A stretch of 64,000 bases of DNA from an uncultured Methanosarcinales archaeon. Lineage in GTDB: Archaea; Nanobdellota; Nanobdellia; Woesearchaeales; GW2011-AR9. Under the pieces are notes generated by a model. It was given only the letters and a program-made list of their open reading frames with translations. It was not told the origin of the DNA and made no database searches. The stretch is from the NCBI GenBank assembly GCA_964344235.1, contig CAYFMJ010000001.1, forward strand, positions 320,001 through 384,000. The letters run 5' to 3'. This document shows, in pieces, positions 9,384 to 18,776 of the stretch; positions within the stretch are counted from its first letter, which is position 1; each line of letters opens with the position of its first letter. A program made the translations under genes and the position numbers.

Positions 9384-10799
9384 ATGAAAAAGAACACATT
9401 AAATGGTCGAAAGTTTGTTTTTTTCTCTGGGTCGTCGGGGCGTGACAAGATGATGATAAAAATAGCGAAACAGCTTGCTTCACGAAATGGTGTGAAAACT
9501 CACTTCCTGACGTTTACACCTGGCCAAACAGTTGATTATTTTGTTTCAGAGGGAATTAAGAGCGATTGTGTTACATCTGTTCTTCACCTCCCTAATCCTG
9601 CTGTGAAGCCAGACATGGCTTTCTTGAAGTCTAAGGAGATAGAATATGGGGTTCAGTTCTTTGACATCTGGCAAATTGCTGCGGCTAGAAGCAAAAAACG
9701 CCATAACATAAAGTCCACTAAGGTGCTGGCCCAAATGGAATTCTTTGTTCGAGAGCTTGAACACTTTATTAAAAAGGTTAAGCCCGATTATCTTGTTGTT
9801 TCTGGGGTTTCATCGTATGTTACCCTCCTTGCATACAAAATTTTTATGAAGAAGGGACTTCCTGTATTAGAGATAACAAACCCACGTATTCCTAATCGGT
9901 TTGCAATTGATGATAAACTGAAATCCGAGTGGCCCTTGCTTGTGAAGAAATACGAAGAAATAAAAAACACCTCTTTGAAGCCGCGGCAGAGGAAAGAAGC
10001 GCTGGACTTCATGCAGTCTTTCTATGTGAAACCTTTAAAGTCAGATAACCAGACTACAGAGAACCAGGACTTCTCACAAAGATTTGCGAGATACTTTAGA
10101 CACATAAAAACATTGTATTATAGACGCCGCCTTCCAGCATTAAGGGTTTTTTGGACTCCTATTAAAGATTTTTTCTTAAAGAATTCTTCACGGTTTGAAC
10201 TTCCAGTAGATGGAGAAAAATTTGTCTTTCACCCTTTACAAATCCAACCAGAGGTTTCTACTCTCCTTAAGGGCAAGTGGTATGTTAATCAAGTAGCCTT
10301 GATTGAAAATATCGCCAAAAGCCTTCCTTGCGATTACAAGCTTTATGTTAAAGAACATGTTAAAAATTATTCCCAGCGCCCCCCAAACTTTCATCGTGAT
10401 ATTAAGCGATTCCCTAATGTTCGTTTGATTGCCCCTTCCGCTGACACTATTTGGTTAGCCAAAAAATGTTCGCTGGTTACGACGATTACTGGAACGATTG
10501 GTTGGGAAGCAATCTTGTTACGCAAGCCGGTTTTAACGTTTGGACAGGTCTTTTATAACCAGTTTGAAGAAGTCGTGTCTGTTGTGGATATTAAACAGCT
10601 TCCCAACATTATAAAAAGCAAACTTGATACTGTTGTTGATCTTGAGAAAACACTGCAATTTGTTAGTGCAGTACAACAGTCAACGTTTCCGGGAATAAGA
10701 GCTCTTCCAACTGACTGTCGAGATCGCTCATTAAAAGATGAGAATATCTTAGCGCTCACTCAAGGGTTAGAACAATATATTTATGCAATGAACCTTTGA
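9384..10799 (+). CDS. Capsule polysaccharide synthesis (KpsS/Capsule_synth-like) putative CMP-sugar-dependent transferase
   Basis: FHPLQIQPEVS, LYVKEH and VTTITGTIGWEAILLRKPVLTFGQVFY motifs. Confidence 0.7.
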   Translation: MKKNTLNGRKFVFFSGSSGRDKMMIKIAKQLASRNGVKTHFLTFTPGQTVDYFVSEGIKSDCVTSVLHLPNPAVKPDMAFLKSKEIEYGVQFFDIWQIAAARSKKRHNIKSTKVLAQMEFFVRELEHFIKKVKPDYLVVSGVSSYVTLLAYKIFMKKGLPVLEITNPRIPNRFAIDDKLKSEWPLLVKKYEEIKNTSLKPRQRKEALDFMQSFYVKPLKSDNQTTENQDFSQRFARYFRHIKTLYYRRRLPALRVFWTPIKDFFLKNSSRFELPVDGEKFVFHPLQIQPEVSTLLKGKWYVNQVALIENIAKSLPCDYKLYVKEHVKNYSQRPPNFHRDIKRFPNVRLIAPSADTIWLAKKCSLVTTITGTIGWEAILLRKPVLTFGQVFYNQFEEVVSVVDIKQLPNIIKSKLDTVVDLEKTLQFVSAVQQSTFPGIRALPTDCRDRSLKDENILALTQGLEQYIYAMNL

Positions 10800-10837
10800 T
10801 AGTGATTTGTATCGCTCTGTAGTTCTGTTGGTGATTT

Positions 10838-12544
10838 CTAGTCTTTGCCAAGTGTTTGGCGTAAATAACTTTTTGTTTCAATCAACAGCTTCTTTGGGTC
10901 TTTTAAGTAATGGGTCTTTTTAGCGTAGATTAAAGAGAGACCTTTGAGAAACCAGCCAGGAGGTTTTTTTATGAACGTTAGATTATAGTCTAAATAGGTA
11001 GTTGTTGTTGATGTAAGCTTACTTGCGATCTTCATGAGATCTCTCCTCCCTGCACCAAAAGGGTTATCTAAGGGAATCATTGTGAGATCATACGGTTTAT
11101 TGCAAAGTTGAGAACAGTTTTTCATGAAATCATCAAAATGGATGGTGGTGAAGTGGATGTCCACTTGGTCCGTAGATCGGCCAACATCTTGATGTTCAAA
11201 CGCCCATTTTTTGGAGAAGGAACTCTCTCGAACGTTAACGTTATAGTGCGTTATCTTTCCTTTTGGCTCAAACCCCCCGTATGTGGTTTTATAGTTGTTC
11301 ATTATCTTCTTATTAATCACCACATCTAACTCATAGTGTGAAAAAGTAGCATCGAGTGCTTTGATTACCATGGAAATAAAAGTGCTATTCGCAGAGCCTA
11401 ATAACAATATTCGCTTAATATTTTGAATTTTCTTTATTGAGAAATGCTTCGCAATTTCTCGCTGAAACTTATTTGTTAGGTATGTTGTGTGGTATGTAAC
11501 GAGGTCCTTTTCCTGCTGCTGCAATTCTTTTCGGAAAAAATCCAGTTCTACGGCATGCTCTGGCGAGGCAATGAGGTTGGTTTGCTCGTCGGGATCACGA
11601 GAAAGATCATAGAATTCTTCACTCTGCTCGTCAAATCGAAAAATATATTTATACTTCTCTGTCTGCAAGGCTGTAGCCCGTTCTTTCTGGAAAATATATC
11701 GTATGTCGCTGCGGAATAGTTTTTTTGTATAAGGAGCATCATGTTCAATAAGTGGCAGTAAACTCATCCCTCGAAATCCAAATTCACTGTGAGGAATATT
11801 TACAATATCTAGAATAGTTGGTGTTATGTCAAGGGGACTCACTAGGGTTTTTATTCTCTTTCTCGGACAAGAAGGATATTTCAAAAAAAGGTGTTGTAAA
11901 ATATTTGAATTGGTAAGAATAAGGTCATGGCGCTTCATGATTTTTTTTCGCTCATTGTCATTCCAACCATGGTCTGGGCAGAATAAAAAAAGACAATCAT
12001 CATACAACCCTTCTTTCTTTAACCTCTCAATCAGAAGTCGTACGTATTTTGCAGTATTCTCTTGGTTGTTGTAGTTTAGAAGGAGAAAGAACGGTTCTTG
12101 TAGCTTTCTTTCTAACAGGTGATCCAACAGTTTGTTGATGTCCTGGCTTTTCCAATTATCATCATTTCTGATTCCATCGGGCAGCTCCTTTTGGTCTAGT
12201 GAAAGAACCGCTTGTTTTAATCTCTTCCGAACTTCAGCGGAGTGTGTTGTTGCATATACTGTGTAACCATTTTTTTTAAGAATTCTACTAATGGAAGGAA
12301 AGTAATCATGGTCAAAGCTAAAATCCGCGTTAGTTCTACTGAGATGGATACCAGGCTGGCTAGTCATTAACGAGCTTTGTGACATCAAAGTGCTTGCAGT
12401 TGTGTCTACGACGTTTTCAAAGTACACTCCCTCTGAAGAGATTTCATCAATAATTTTATATTTCCCAAAACGATCCTTTCCAGGATAGTTGCGTATTGCT
12501 TCTCCAAGAATCCAGATTACATTTAGCTTTTTTTTAGAAGACAT
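10838..12544 (-). CDS. Alkaline phosphatase/sulfatase-superfamily hydrolase or transferase
   Basis: EAIR, GVYFEN, PDHG, DITPTILD and EFYDLSRDPDEQTNL motifs. No CxPxR formylglycine motif. Confidence 0.7.
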   Translation of the reverse strand: MSSKKKLNVIWILGEAIRNYPGKDRFGKYKIIDEISSEGVYFENVVDTTASTLMSQSSLMTSQPGIHLSRTNADFSFDHDYFPSISRILKKNGYTVYATTHSAEVRKRLKQAVLSLDQKELPDGIRNDDNWKSQDINKLLDHLLERKLQEPFFLLLNYNNQENTAKYVRLLIERLKKEGLYDDCLFLFCPDHGWNDNERKKIMKRHDLILTNSNILQHLFLKYPSCPRKRIKTLVSPLDITPTILDIVNIPHSEFGFRGMSLLPLIEHDAPYTKKLFRSDIRYIFQKERATALQTEKYKYIFRFDEQSEEFYDLSRDPDEQTNLIASPEHAVELDFFRKELQQQEKDLVTYHTTYLTNKFQREIAKHFSIKKIQNIKRILLLGSANSTFISMVIKALDATFSHYELDVVINKKIMNNYKTTYGGFEPKGKITHYNVNVRESSFSKKWAFEHQDVGRSTDQVDIHFTTIHFDDFMKNCSQLCNKPYDLTMIPLDNPFGAGRRDLMKIASKLTSTTTTYLDYNLTFIKKPPGWFLKGLSLIYAKKTHYLKDPKKLLIETKSYLRQTLGKD

Positions 12545-12612
12545 GTTTACCTTATCTTTTCATTTTTCTGTTTTGCTTGCGTTTATAAGTTTTATTAAGT
12601 TACATACCAGTG

Positions 12613-14094
12613 TTACTGTTGCTTTTTCAGCGACTCACTTGTACTATACTCTTTTCCTCCATCTTCTTTCACACCATACTTTTTCAGAAGGTAATTATAG
12701 AGGAAATAAATAGTGGCGTCTTGGTCCTCGATCGGAAAGCTTGAAATGACCATTCCCTGTAATCGATGATTACCACATCGTTCTGCATGCCTCTGTGTTG
12801 GGGTGAAGATTTCCTTTGTTTTTAGTAGTGAAGAAGGCCAAAAGCGAAAATCGGTGTCATAGAATAGTAAGTCCGGTGCTTGGTCTAAGTGTTTACCTCT
12901 GTATACTTCCTCTTTTTTCTTTACTTCATGTTTGAAGCACCATCCCTGTTCGCGCTGTAACACTTCATATACTTTGTTCCTTACTCTCTCAAAATCTTCC
13001 TTAGCAACACTTCCTGCTTTGAAATCACTTGTATTGATATAAACGCCATTTTCCATTGCAAAAGCAACAGTATTCTCCCAGTCAATGAGTTTTTTGTTAA
13101 CAGCATCGTTCCATTGCAACGCACCCACTTCGGAGGGAATCAGTCTTGATACATTAGTGCCTTTCAGCAACGCATATGCTAACTTTTTGATTTTGAATTT
13201 CATGAGTAAGGTATCAATTTTGTTGGAATCTAACTTTAGTGTGCTTAAGACAGAAGAGATAAACGTGCTATTTTTTTTCAACTTGAGAAAGTCATTTCTC
13301 ACTAACCATTCGTTAAGGTGGAATTTCCCATGCAACGCACCACCGCCGTGGTCGCTTAAGATGATGATTTCGCCATCATGGCCTGTGACGAGTTTTCCAA
13401 CTTCATGATCGACGAGTTCATAATAGTCATAAAATGCTTTTTCATATTCTTCATTCTCTTCATAGATTGGGCTATCGTGGTAGACATACCTGGCCATAAG
13501 GTGTTGTACGGCGTCAGTGCCGTTTTCAACAACAACAACAACGTCTGGTTTTAGTTCTTTGAGTAACTTTTTCACAACTTTAAAACGAACTTCTGTTGCG
13601 CTTCTGATTTGCTGTATTAACTCATTCATGCTATTCCAGTTGTAGGTAAGTTGGTACTTAGGTAATTCCTCTTTAATCATCTCACGAATCTCTTTTGGGT
13701 AGATGAAGGAATCACTGTCCATGGAAGGTGTGTATACACCCGTTAGAATAAAGCCGTTAAAAGGGCGCGCAGGATATGTTCCTGGAACGTTTATAATTCC
13801 GCAACGGGCATCTACTTTCTCCCAAAAAGGAACAAAATTGTAATGTTTAACAGGGACTTTCGCGTAATCTTTTACTGTATGACAACCAAATAAACCAATC
13901 TCTCCTGGATTACTGCCGCTGACAATGCAAGACCACGCAGGAACAGAATTCGGTGGAATGACGCTTTTTACTTCTTTCAAAGAACCTGCTTTTATTATTT
14001 TTTCAATGTTAGGAATTTTCTTTTTTTTAATAAGTGCTTCAATTAAATTTTTACTTACTCCATCTAATCCAATGACAATTGTCTGTTTATTCAT
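12613..14094 (-). CDS. Alkaline phosphatase-family protein (type I phosphodiesterase/nucleotide pyrophosphatase-like)
   Basis: VIGLDG, SVIPPNSVPAWSCIVSG, NVPGTYP, DAVQH, LSDHG, APDL and GNHRLQG motifs. Confidence 0.85.
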   Translation of the reverse strand: MNKQTIVIGLDGVSKNLIEALIKKKKIPNIEKIIKAGSLKEVKSVIPPNSVPAWSCIVSGSNPGEIGLFGCHTVKDYAKVPVKHYNFVPFWEKVDARCGIINVPGTYPARPFNGFILTGVYTPSMDSDSFIYPKEIREMIKEELPKYQLTYNWNSMNELIQQIRSATEVRFKVVKKLLKELKPDVVVVVENGTDAVQHLMARYVYHDSPIYEENEEYEKAFYDYYELVDHEVGKLVTGHDGEIIILSDHGGGALHGKFHLNEWLVRNDFLKLKKNSTFISSVLSTLKLDSNKIDTLLMKFKIKKLAYALLKGTNVSRLIPSEVGALQWNDAVNKKLIDWENTVAFAMENGVYINTSDFKAGSVAKEDFERVRNKVYEVLQREQGWCFKHEVKKKEEVYRGKHLDQAPDLLFYDTDFRFWPSSLLKTKEIFTPTQRHAERCGNHRLQGMVISSFPIEDQDATIYFLYNYLLKKYGVKEDGGKEYSTSESLKKQQ

Positions 14095-14207
14095 CTCTGC
14101 CGGGCTTTGAATTTTGTTTATAAAGATTATGAATAAAGAATGAAAAAAAGAAAGATTTATATACGAAATGTCTCAGAAATAATAAATTAGTAAAACGAGA
14201 GGTATCA

Positions 14208-15917
14208 ATGGTTGAAAGTCAAAATGAGGAAATGTTAGGGACAGTGAAAACTTCTGGTTCGACGCCGAGCGGTGATAGTAGCCCTACAGTTCCTACAGTA
14301 AATGTTGCAGTGAACGCCCCTACAATTGATGGTGGCGTTCAAACACCCATTGCTCCTGCGGCGTCAAACGGAACTTCATTTGCAAATAATAGTGCTTCTG
14401 CAACAACTGAGAATGAAAAATTTAGAGTGCTCTTAATCCACGCAAATTCTTCTATGGATACCTTAATTCCACCCAACTTGGCAACTCTATCTGCTTATTT
14501 GAAACAAGCGGGGAATGAAGTGAAACTATTTGATACAACGTTTTACAATACCCGTGGATTTACCGGTGATGATTCTCGAGTTAGAACCCTGCAGGTCAAA
14601 GAAACTAAGTTTGCTGATTTAGGAATTCACTTTGAGACGACGGATATGGTGGAAGATTTCATAAAAATAGTTGAGGAATACCAACCTAATCTTGTTGGAT
14701 TATCTGCCGTTGAGTTGACATTCCAAATGGGGATGAATTTGATCAACGCTATGAAAGAGATCAGACCAGATATCCCGGTTATTGTAGGAGGCTCACATGC
14801 TATTACATCGCCTGAGGCAGTTGCTGCGGAGAAAAATGTTGATCTTATTTCAATCGGAGAAGCTGAAAAATCCTTTGTAGAGTTATGCACTAAATTACAG
14901 AACGGCGAAGATTATACTCAAATTCTGAACATGTGGGTTAAAAAGGATGGCCAAATTTACAAAAATAAGTTGGGAAATCTGATTGCAATGGATGATCTTC
15001 CTCGCCAAGATTGGGAAATTTTTGATAAACGAAGAATCTACAAACCAATGTCGGGGACTATTGGCAGAACTGGTTGTTTTGAGCTTACGCGCGGCTGTGT
15101 TTTCTCTTGCACTTTTTGTATCAATGAATTCTTAAATAAGACGCACAAACATCGAAGTTATCGAGAGAAAAGTATCCCTAAATTTATCGAGGAAGTGCAA
15201 TATTTCAAAGAGAAATATGGGATTGAATATGTTTATATTCTCGCAGAGATGTTTCTTCCAACTTCTAAAGAGAGAGTACGAGAGTTTTCCCGCCTGTGGA
15301 AAGAGAAGGTTGGTCTTCCATTTTGGTGTCAGGTAAGGGTTGAGGGCGTTGATGAGGAAAATGCTAGACTGCTTGAAGAAGCGGGTTGTGTATCAATCTC
15401 GGCTGGTATTGAGAGCGGTAATGAAGAATTTAGAAGAAATGTTATTCATAGAATGATGAGTAATGAAAAAATAATTGAAGCGTTTAGAATTCTCAAGAGC
15501 ACAAAAATGCAAATTTCGGGCAATAGCATCATTGGGTTCCCTGGAGAAACTCGCGAACAAATATTTGATACTATTGAGCTTAATAGAAAATTAGATTTGG
15601 ATAATATTATGATTCATGTCTTTAATCCTTATCGAGGTACAACTTTGTATGATGTTAGCGTTGAAAGAGGGTACATTACTCCCAACCACATGGCGGGTGA
15701 TTACAGGGCAGATTTTACATTAAACATGCCACACATTACAAAGGAAGAAATCCTTGGACTACAAAGAACTTTTAACATGTACGTCAAATTTCCAAGAGAA
15801 ATGTGGCCCGAAATAAAAATTGCGGAAAGGATGGATGAAGAAGGGAACAAGAAATTTGCAGAACTGAGTAAAAAGTTTAAAGAAGAATTCTTTGCAAAAC
15901 CATTAATGATGCATTAA
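14208..15917 (+). CDS. Cobalamin-binding radical SAM protein
   Basis: CxxxCxxC (RGCVFSCTFC), B12-binding domain (VGLSAV, IVGGSHA), GIESG, IIGFPGET. Has a ~70-aa S/T/P/A-rich N-terminal extension. Confidence 0.9.
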   Translation: MVESQNEEMLGTVKTSGSTPSGDSSPTVPTVNVAVNAPTIDGGVQTPIAPAASNGTSFANNSASATTENEKFRVLLIHANSSMDTLIPPNLATLSAYLKQAGNEVKLFDTTFYNTRGFTGDDSRVRTLQVKETKFADLGIHFETTDMVEDFIKIVEEYQPNLVGLSAVELTFQMGMNLINAMKEIRPDIPVIVGGSHAITSPEAVAAEKNVDLISIGEAEKSFVELCTKLQNGEDYTQILNMWVKKDGQIYKNKLGNLIAMDDLPRQDWEIFDKRRIYKPMSGTIGRTGCFELTRGCVFSCTFCINEFLNKTHKHRSYREKSIPKFIEEVQYFKEKYGIEYVYILAEMFLPTSKERVREFSRLWKEKVGLPFWCQVRVEGVDEENARLLEEAGCVSISAGIESGNEEFRRNVIHRMMSNEKIIEAFRILKSTKMQISGNSIIGFPGETREQIFDTIELNRKLDLDNIMIHVFNPYRGTTLYDVSVERGYITPNHMAGDYRADFTLNMPHITKEEILGLQRTFNMYVKFPREMWPEIKIAERMDEEGNKKFAELSKKFKEEFFAKPLMMH

Positions 15918-16558
15918 TAGGCTGGGCTGAAATCAAGTTCGTCATCCTGGATATAGGCAATCTTTTTTTGCAGTGCAATATATGCTTTCTGCAGCTCCCG
16001 ACCTAGATAGGCGGCGTGGTCATATCGAGAAAGAAGGTTTTCTTTAATGGCAGTTTGGTAAATCTCAAGTGGTTTCGTGCCAATGATTTTCACACTGACT
16101 TTGTTGACTGTAGGACAAAACCCCACATGAATCTCCTTCTTCTGATGATCTACTTTGATTAAAAAATAGCCTTTTTGATCCATCATAAATTCTTTGCGAT
16201 CATCATATTGAGCGTGGATTACTCTTAATGCGGTGGTATCAACCTCTGTTTTCACAACTTTTGTATTATCCTCTTTGTTGATTACCTGGATGGCATTTAC
16301 GGGACAAGCCTCAGCAGCGGCAATAAGCTTTTGGGCCTCTTGGGGTGTACAGACAAGACTTCTAACACTATTCTGGTTTTCCTGATGACCTTTGACAAGT
16401 TCTGCCGTGTTTTCTTTTATGAAAAAATTATTTGGGTCAATCCGTTGACAAACCCCGTTAGCAACACATTTTTTCTGATCTAATAGTACTTGAAAGGATT
16501 TAGCTTTTTCTTCTGAGGTTTGATGTTTATTCTGTTCTGTTGATTGTTGTTCTGTCAT
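15914..16558 (-). CDS. Ferredoxin-DUF4346 fusion protein
   Basis: CVANGVC...AAEACPVNAI ferredoxin with the second Cys replaced by Asn, then DQKGYFLI...DHAAYLGRELQKA...YIQD (DUF4346 pattern). Confidence 0.75.
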   Translation of the reverse strand: MTEQQSTEQNKHQTSEEKAKSFQVLLDQKKCVANGVCQRIDPNNFFIKENTAELVKGHQENQNSVRSLVCTPQEAQKLIAAAEACPVNAIQVINKEDNTKVVKTEVDTTALRVIHAQYDDRKEFMMDQKGYFLIKVDHQKKEIHVGFCPTVNKVSVKIIGTKPLEIYQTAIKENLLSRYDHAAYLGRELQKAYIALQKKIAYIQDDELDFSPAY

Positions 16559-16677
16559 GTAAAACACGGAAGCTACTTTCTTTATAAATATTCTGAATAT
16601 CTTGGTTGGAGGCGTGTTCCGACAGTGGCCTTAATATCTTCCTTCACTAATCGAAGCCCTACAATAGATCATGAGAA

Positions 16678-16739
16678 CTTAGTTACGCCGGGTCATGTAG
16701 TACTCTGTACTACAGTGGCACTACAATGGCACATAACAG
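16678..16739 (-). repeat. Probable dispersed copy of the TGTTATG-hairpin-GCGTA junction element
   Basis: Minus strand reads TGTTATGTGCC...TGTAGTAC-aga-GTACTACA...GGCGTAACTAAG. TGTTATGTGCC is identical to 59574-59584 and GCGTAAC to 59604-59610. Confidence 0.55.
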
Positions 16740-16911
16740 AAATGGGATATTTTTGGAATGTTCCGATAACCATTGATTTTTGTTAGAGATGATTATTTAG
16801 CACTCAGCCAGGTGTTCCACAATATTTATAAGACCAATTATTTTTTTGAGCGTAAAATGAGCTTGGTGCTCTTTTGGTTGGAGAAAGCTATGTGTTGGTG
16901 GTTAATGTATT

Positions 16912-17676
16912 ATGAAAGCTCTTATCTTAAATTCAGGAGTGGGCAATAGAATTGCTGATGTGGTTAGTGGTAAGCCTAAGTGTTTGATTGAAATTGGCCC
17001 CGGAACAACGATCCTGAGTCAGCAGATCCAGCATCTTCTTGATGCAAACATTAATGAATGTATCGTGACTACAGGTCCTTTTGTTGAAGATATCAAGAAT
17101 CATATCCGACAGAAATTCCCTCAGATGAATGTCCAATATGTACATAACCCCCTTTACAGAACGACTAATTATATTTATTCGTTGTACTTAGCTCGAAAGT
17201 TTATTGATGACGATATTCTATTGCTCCACGGGGATTTAGTATTCGAACCAGAGGTTCTTACACGATTACTTCAGGATTCTGCTCCTAATGCCATCCCTGT
17301 TGACACATCTGTGCCGCCGCCGGAGAAAGATTTCAAAGGCCGAATTGAGCAAGGGTGCATCAAAGAGGTAGGAGTTAATACATCTGGGTCGGATTGCTAT
17401 TTTGTTGCACCTCTCTATAAGTTTTCTCAACAATCTTTCCTTGATTGGCTGGTACAGATCGAGCAATTCATTTTTGAGGGCGAGCATACCGTTCATGCCG
17501 AGAATGCGCTGAACCAAATTATGGATGCACTCCAGGTTAAGGCTGTGCCTATTAATGGAATATTTTGTTCTGAGATTGATACAAAAGAAGATATGGATTC
17601 TGTGTGCACGTATTGGCGGAGGAGGAGCAAGAGAAACGATTATTCTCTTTTGGGTGAGAGCTTAACAAGCACCTAA
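16912..17676 (+). CDS. Phosphocholine cytidylyltransferase-family nucleotidyltransferase (LicC/PntC-like)
   Basis: LILNSGVGNRI...KPKCL, NPLYRTTNYIYSL, LLHGDLVF and EIDTKED motifs. Confidence 0.8.
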   Translation: MKALILNSGVGNRIADVVSGKPKCLIEIGPGTTILSQQIQHLLDANINECIVTTGPFVEDIKNHIRQKFPQMNVQYVHNPLYRTTNYIYSLYLARKFIDDDILLLHGDLVFEPEVLTRLLQDSAPNAIPVDTSVPPPEKDFKGRIEQGCIKEVGVNTSGSDCYFVAPLYKFSQQSFLDWLVQIEQFIFEGEHTVHAENALNQIMDALQVKAVPINGIFCSEIDTKEDMDSVCTYWRRRSKRNDYSLLGESLTST

Positions 17677-18776
17677 TTTAGCTGATATTGTTTAACGATT
17701 TCTTTACCGAGGTTATGTTGAATAAATCCTATGGCATGAGAATTACCTTCTTCTGCGACTCTTTGTTGTAACTTTTTGTTGGATAATAGTAATAAGATCT
17801 TAGTAGATAGGTCTCTGTGACTCCTATTCTTAAAAATAATGCAGTGTCCCCCTGCGGCTTCTCTGAGAGCCCCCCCGCTAGAAACGACTAAAGGAAGTCT
17901 CGAGAGTTGTCCCTCAACAACAACGTTTCCAAACCCTTCGTCTTTGGAAGGAACAACCATGATTTCTGAGGAGGCTAGAAGGTCCCATTTATCTTGTCCG
18001 GTCTTCCGGCCATGGAATGTGACAGTGTTTTTCAAGTTTAGCGTTTTTGTTATGCTCTGCATTTTTTGTAGGTAATCCTTTGAGCCAGAACCAATAATGT
18101 GGAGAGAGACGTTAGGATAATCTTTTTTTACTAAGTAAATTGCGTTAAGTAATATATCGACGCCTTTCTGAGAACTGATGCGACCGAGAAAAACGATTGA
18201 ATCTTTTATTTTCTCGCGCTTCGTTTTATGAATTGGGGTAAAATTGTTGTAGAGTGTAACTTTCTTTCTCTTAAGGATTATTGAGAACGAAGCTTTGTTT
18301 TTGAGATAATCTGAAATGAAAAATACTTTGTTGAAGAATGGTAAAAACGGTTGCATAAATATCAGGTAGAAAGTGCCCAGGATTTTTGCAACAGGTGGCC
18401 CTTCCAGGAATGTATTGTGGAACGTTACGTATGTTGGTATTTTTCTGTGCTTCCCAATAAGTAATGTTAGTTCTGGGAGCAATGAAGAGTAATGGTGGCT
18501 ATGAAAAACGTCTGCGTCAATGAGACGCAATTCTTTGATAAAACCACGTAAGATGCGGGATGTATTATTTATTCCCCATAGTGTTGGCAATTCGATGACT
18601 TTAATACCCCGCCAATGATATTCAACACGATTTTTCTGTTCTCCTCCGCAGATGAGGGTTACTTCGTGCCCTAGCTCTGCTTGTGCTACCAAACCCCAGC
18701 GGTTGGCGAAACATTCTACCTCTGGTTTGTCTCGCTGAATATACATGTTGTTAATATACGTGTGGACGATTTTCAT
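17673..18776 (-). CDS. Glycosyltransferase family 4
   Basis: FLGRISSQKGVDILL and PSKDEGFGNVVVEG motifs. Confidence 0.9.
   Translation of the reverse strand: MKIVHTYINNMYIQRDKPEVECFANRWGLVAQAELGHEVTLICGGEQKNRVEYHWRGIKVIELPTLWGINNTSRILRGFIKELRLIDADVFHSHHYSSLLPELTLLIGKHRKIPTYVTFHNTFLEGPPVAKILGTFYLIFMQPFLPFFNKVFFISDYLKNKASFSIILKRKKVTLYNNFTPIHKTKREKIKDSIVFLGRISSQKGVDILLNAIYLVKKDYPNVSLHIIGSGSKDYLQKMQSITKTLNLKNTVTFHGRKTGQDKWDLLASSEIMVVPSKDEGFGNVVVEGQLSRLPLVVSSGGALREAAGGHCIIFKNRSHRDLSTKILLLLSNKKLQQRVAEEGNSHAIGFIQHNLGKEIVKQYQLN

Noticed and set aside
10838-12544. True formylglycine sulfatase
   Set aside because: No C/S-x-P-x-R motif and no maturation enzyme nearby.
5256-16558. Complete fosfomycin antibiotic cluster
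   Set aside because: No Ppd, Fom4 epoxidase, FomD or FomA/B recognised, and the context is glycan synthesis.
16544-16786. 80-aa ORF in the intergenic gap
   Set aside because: It overlaps the ferredoxin start and a hairpin repeat, has no SD, and has atypical composition.
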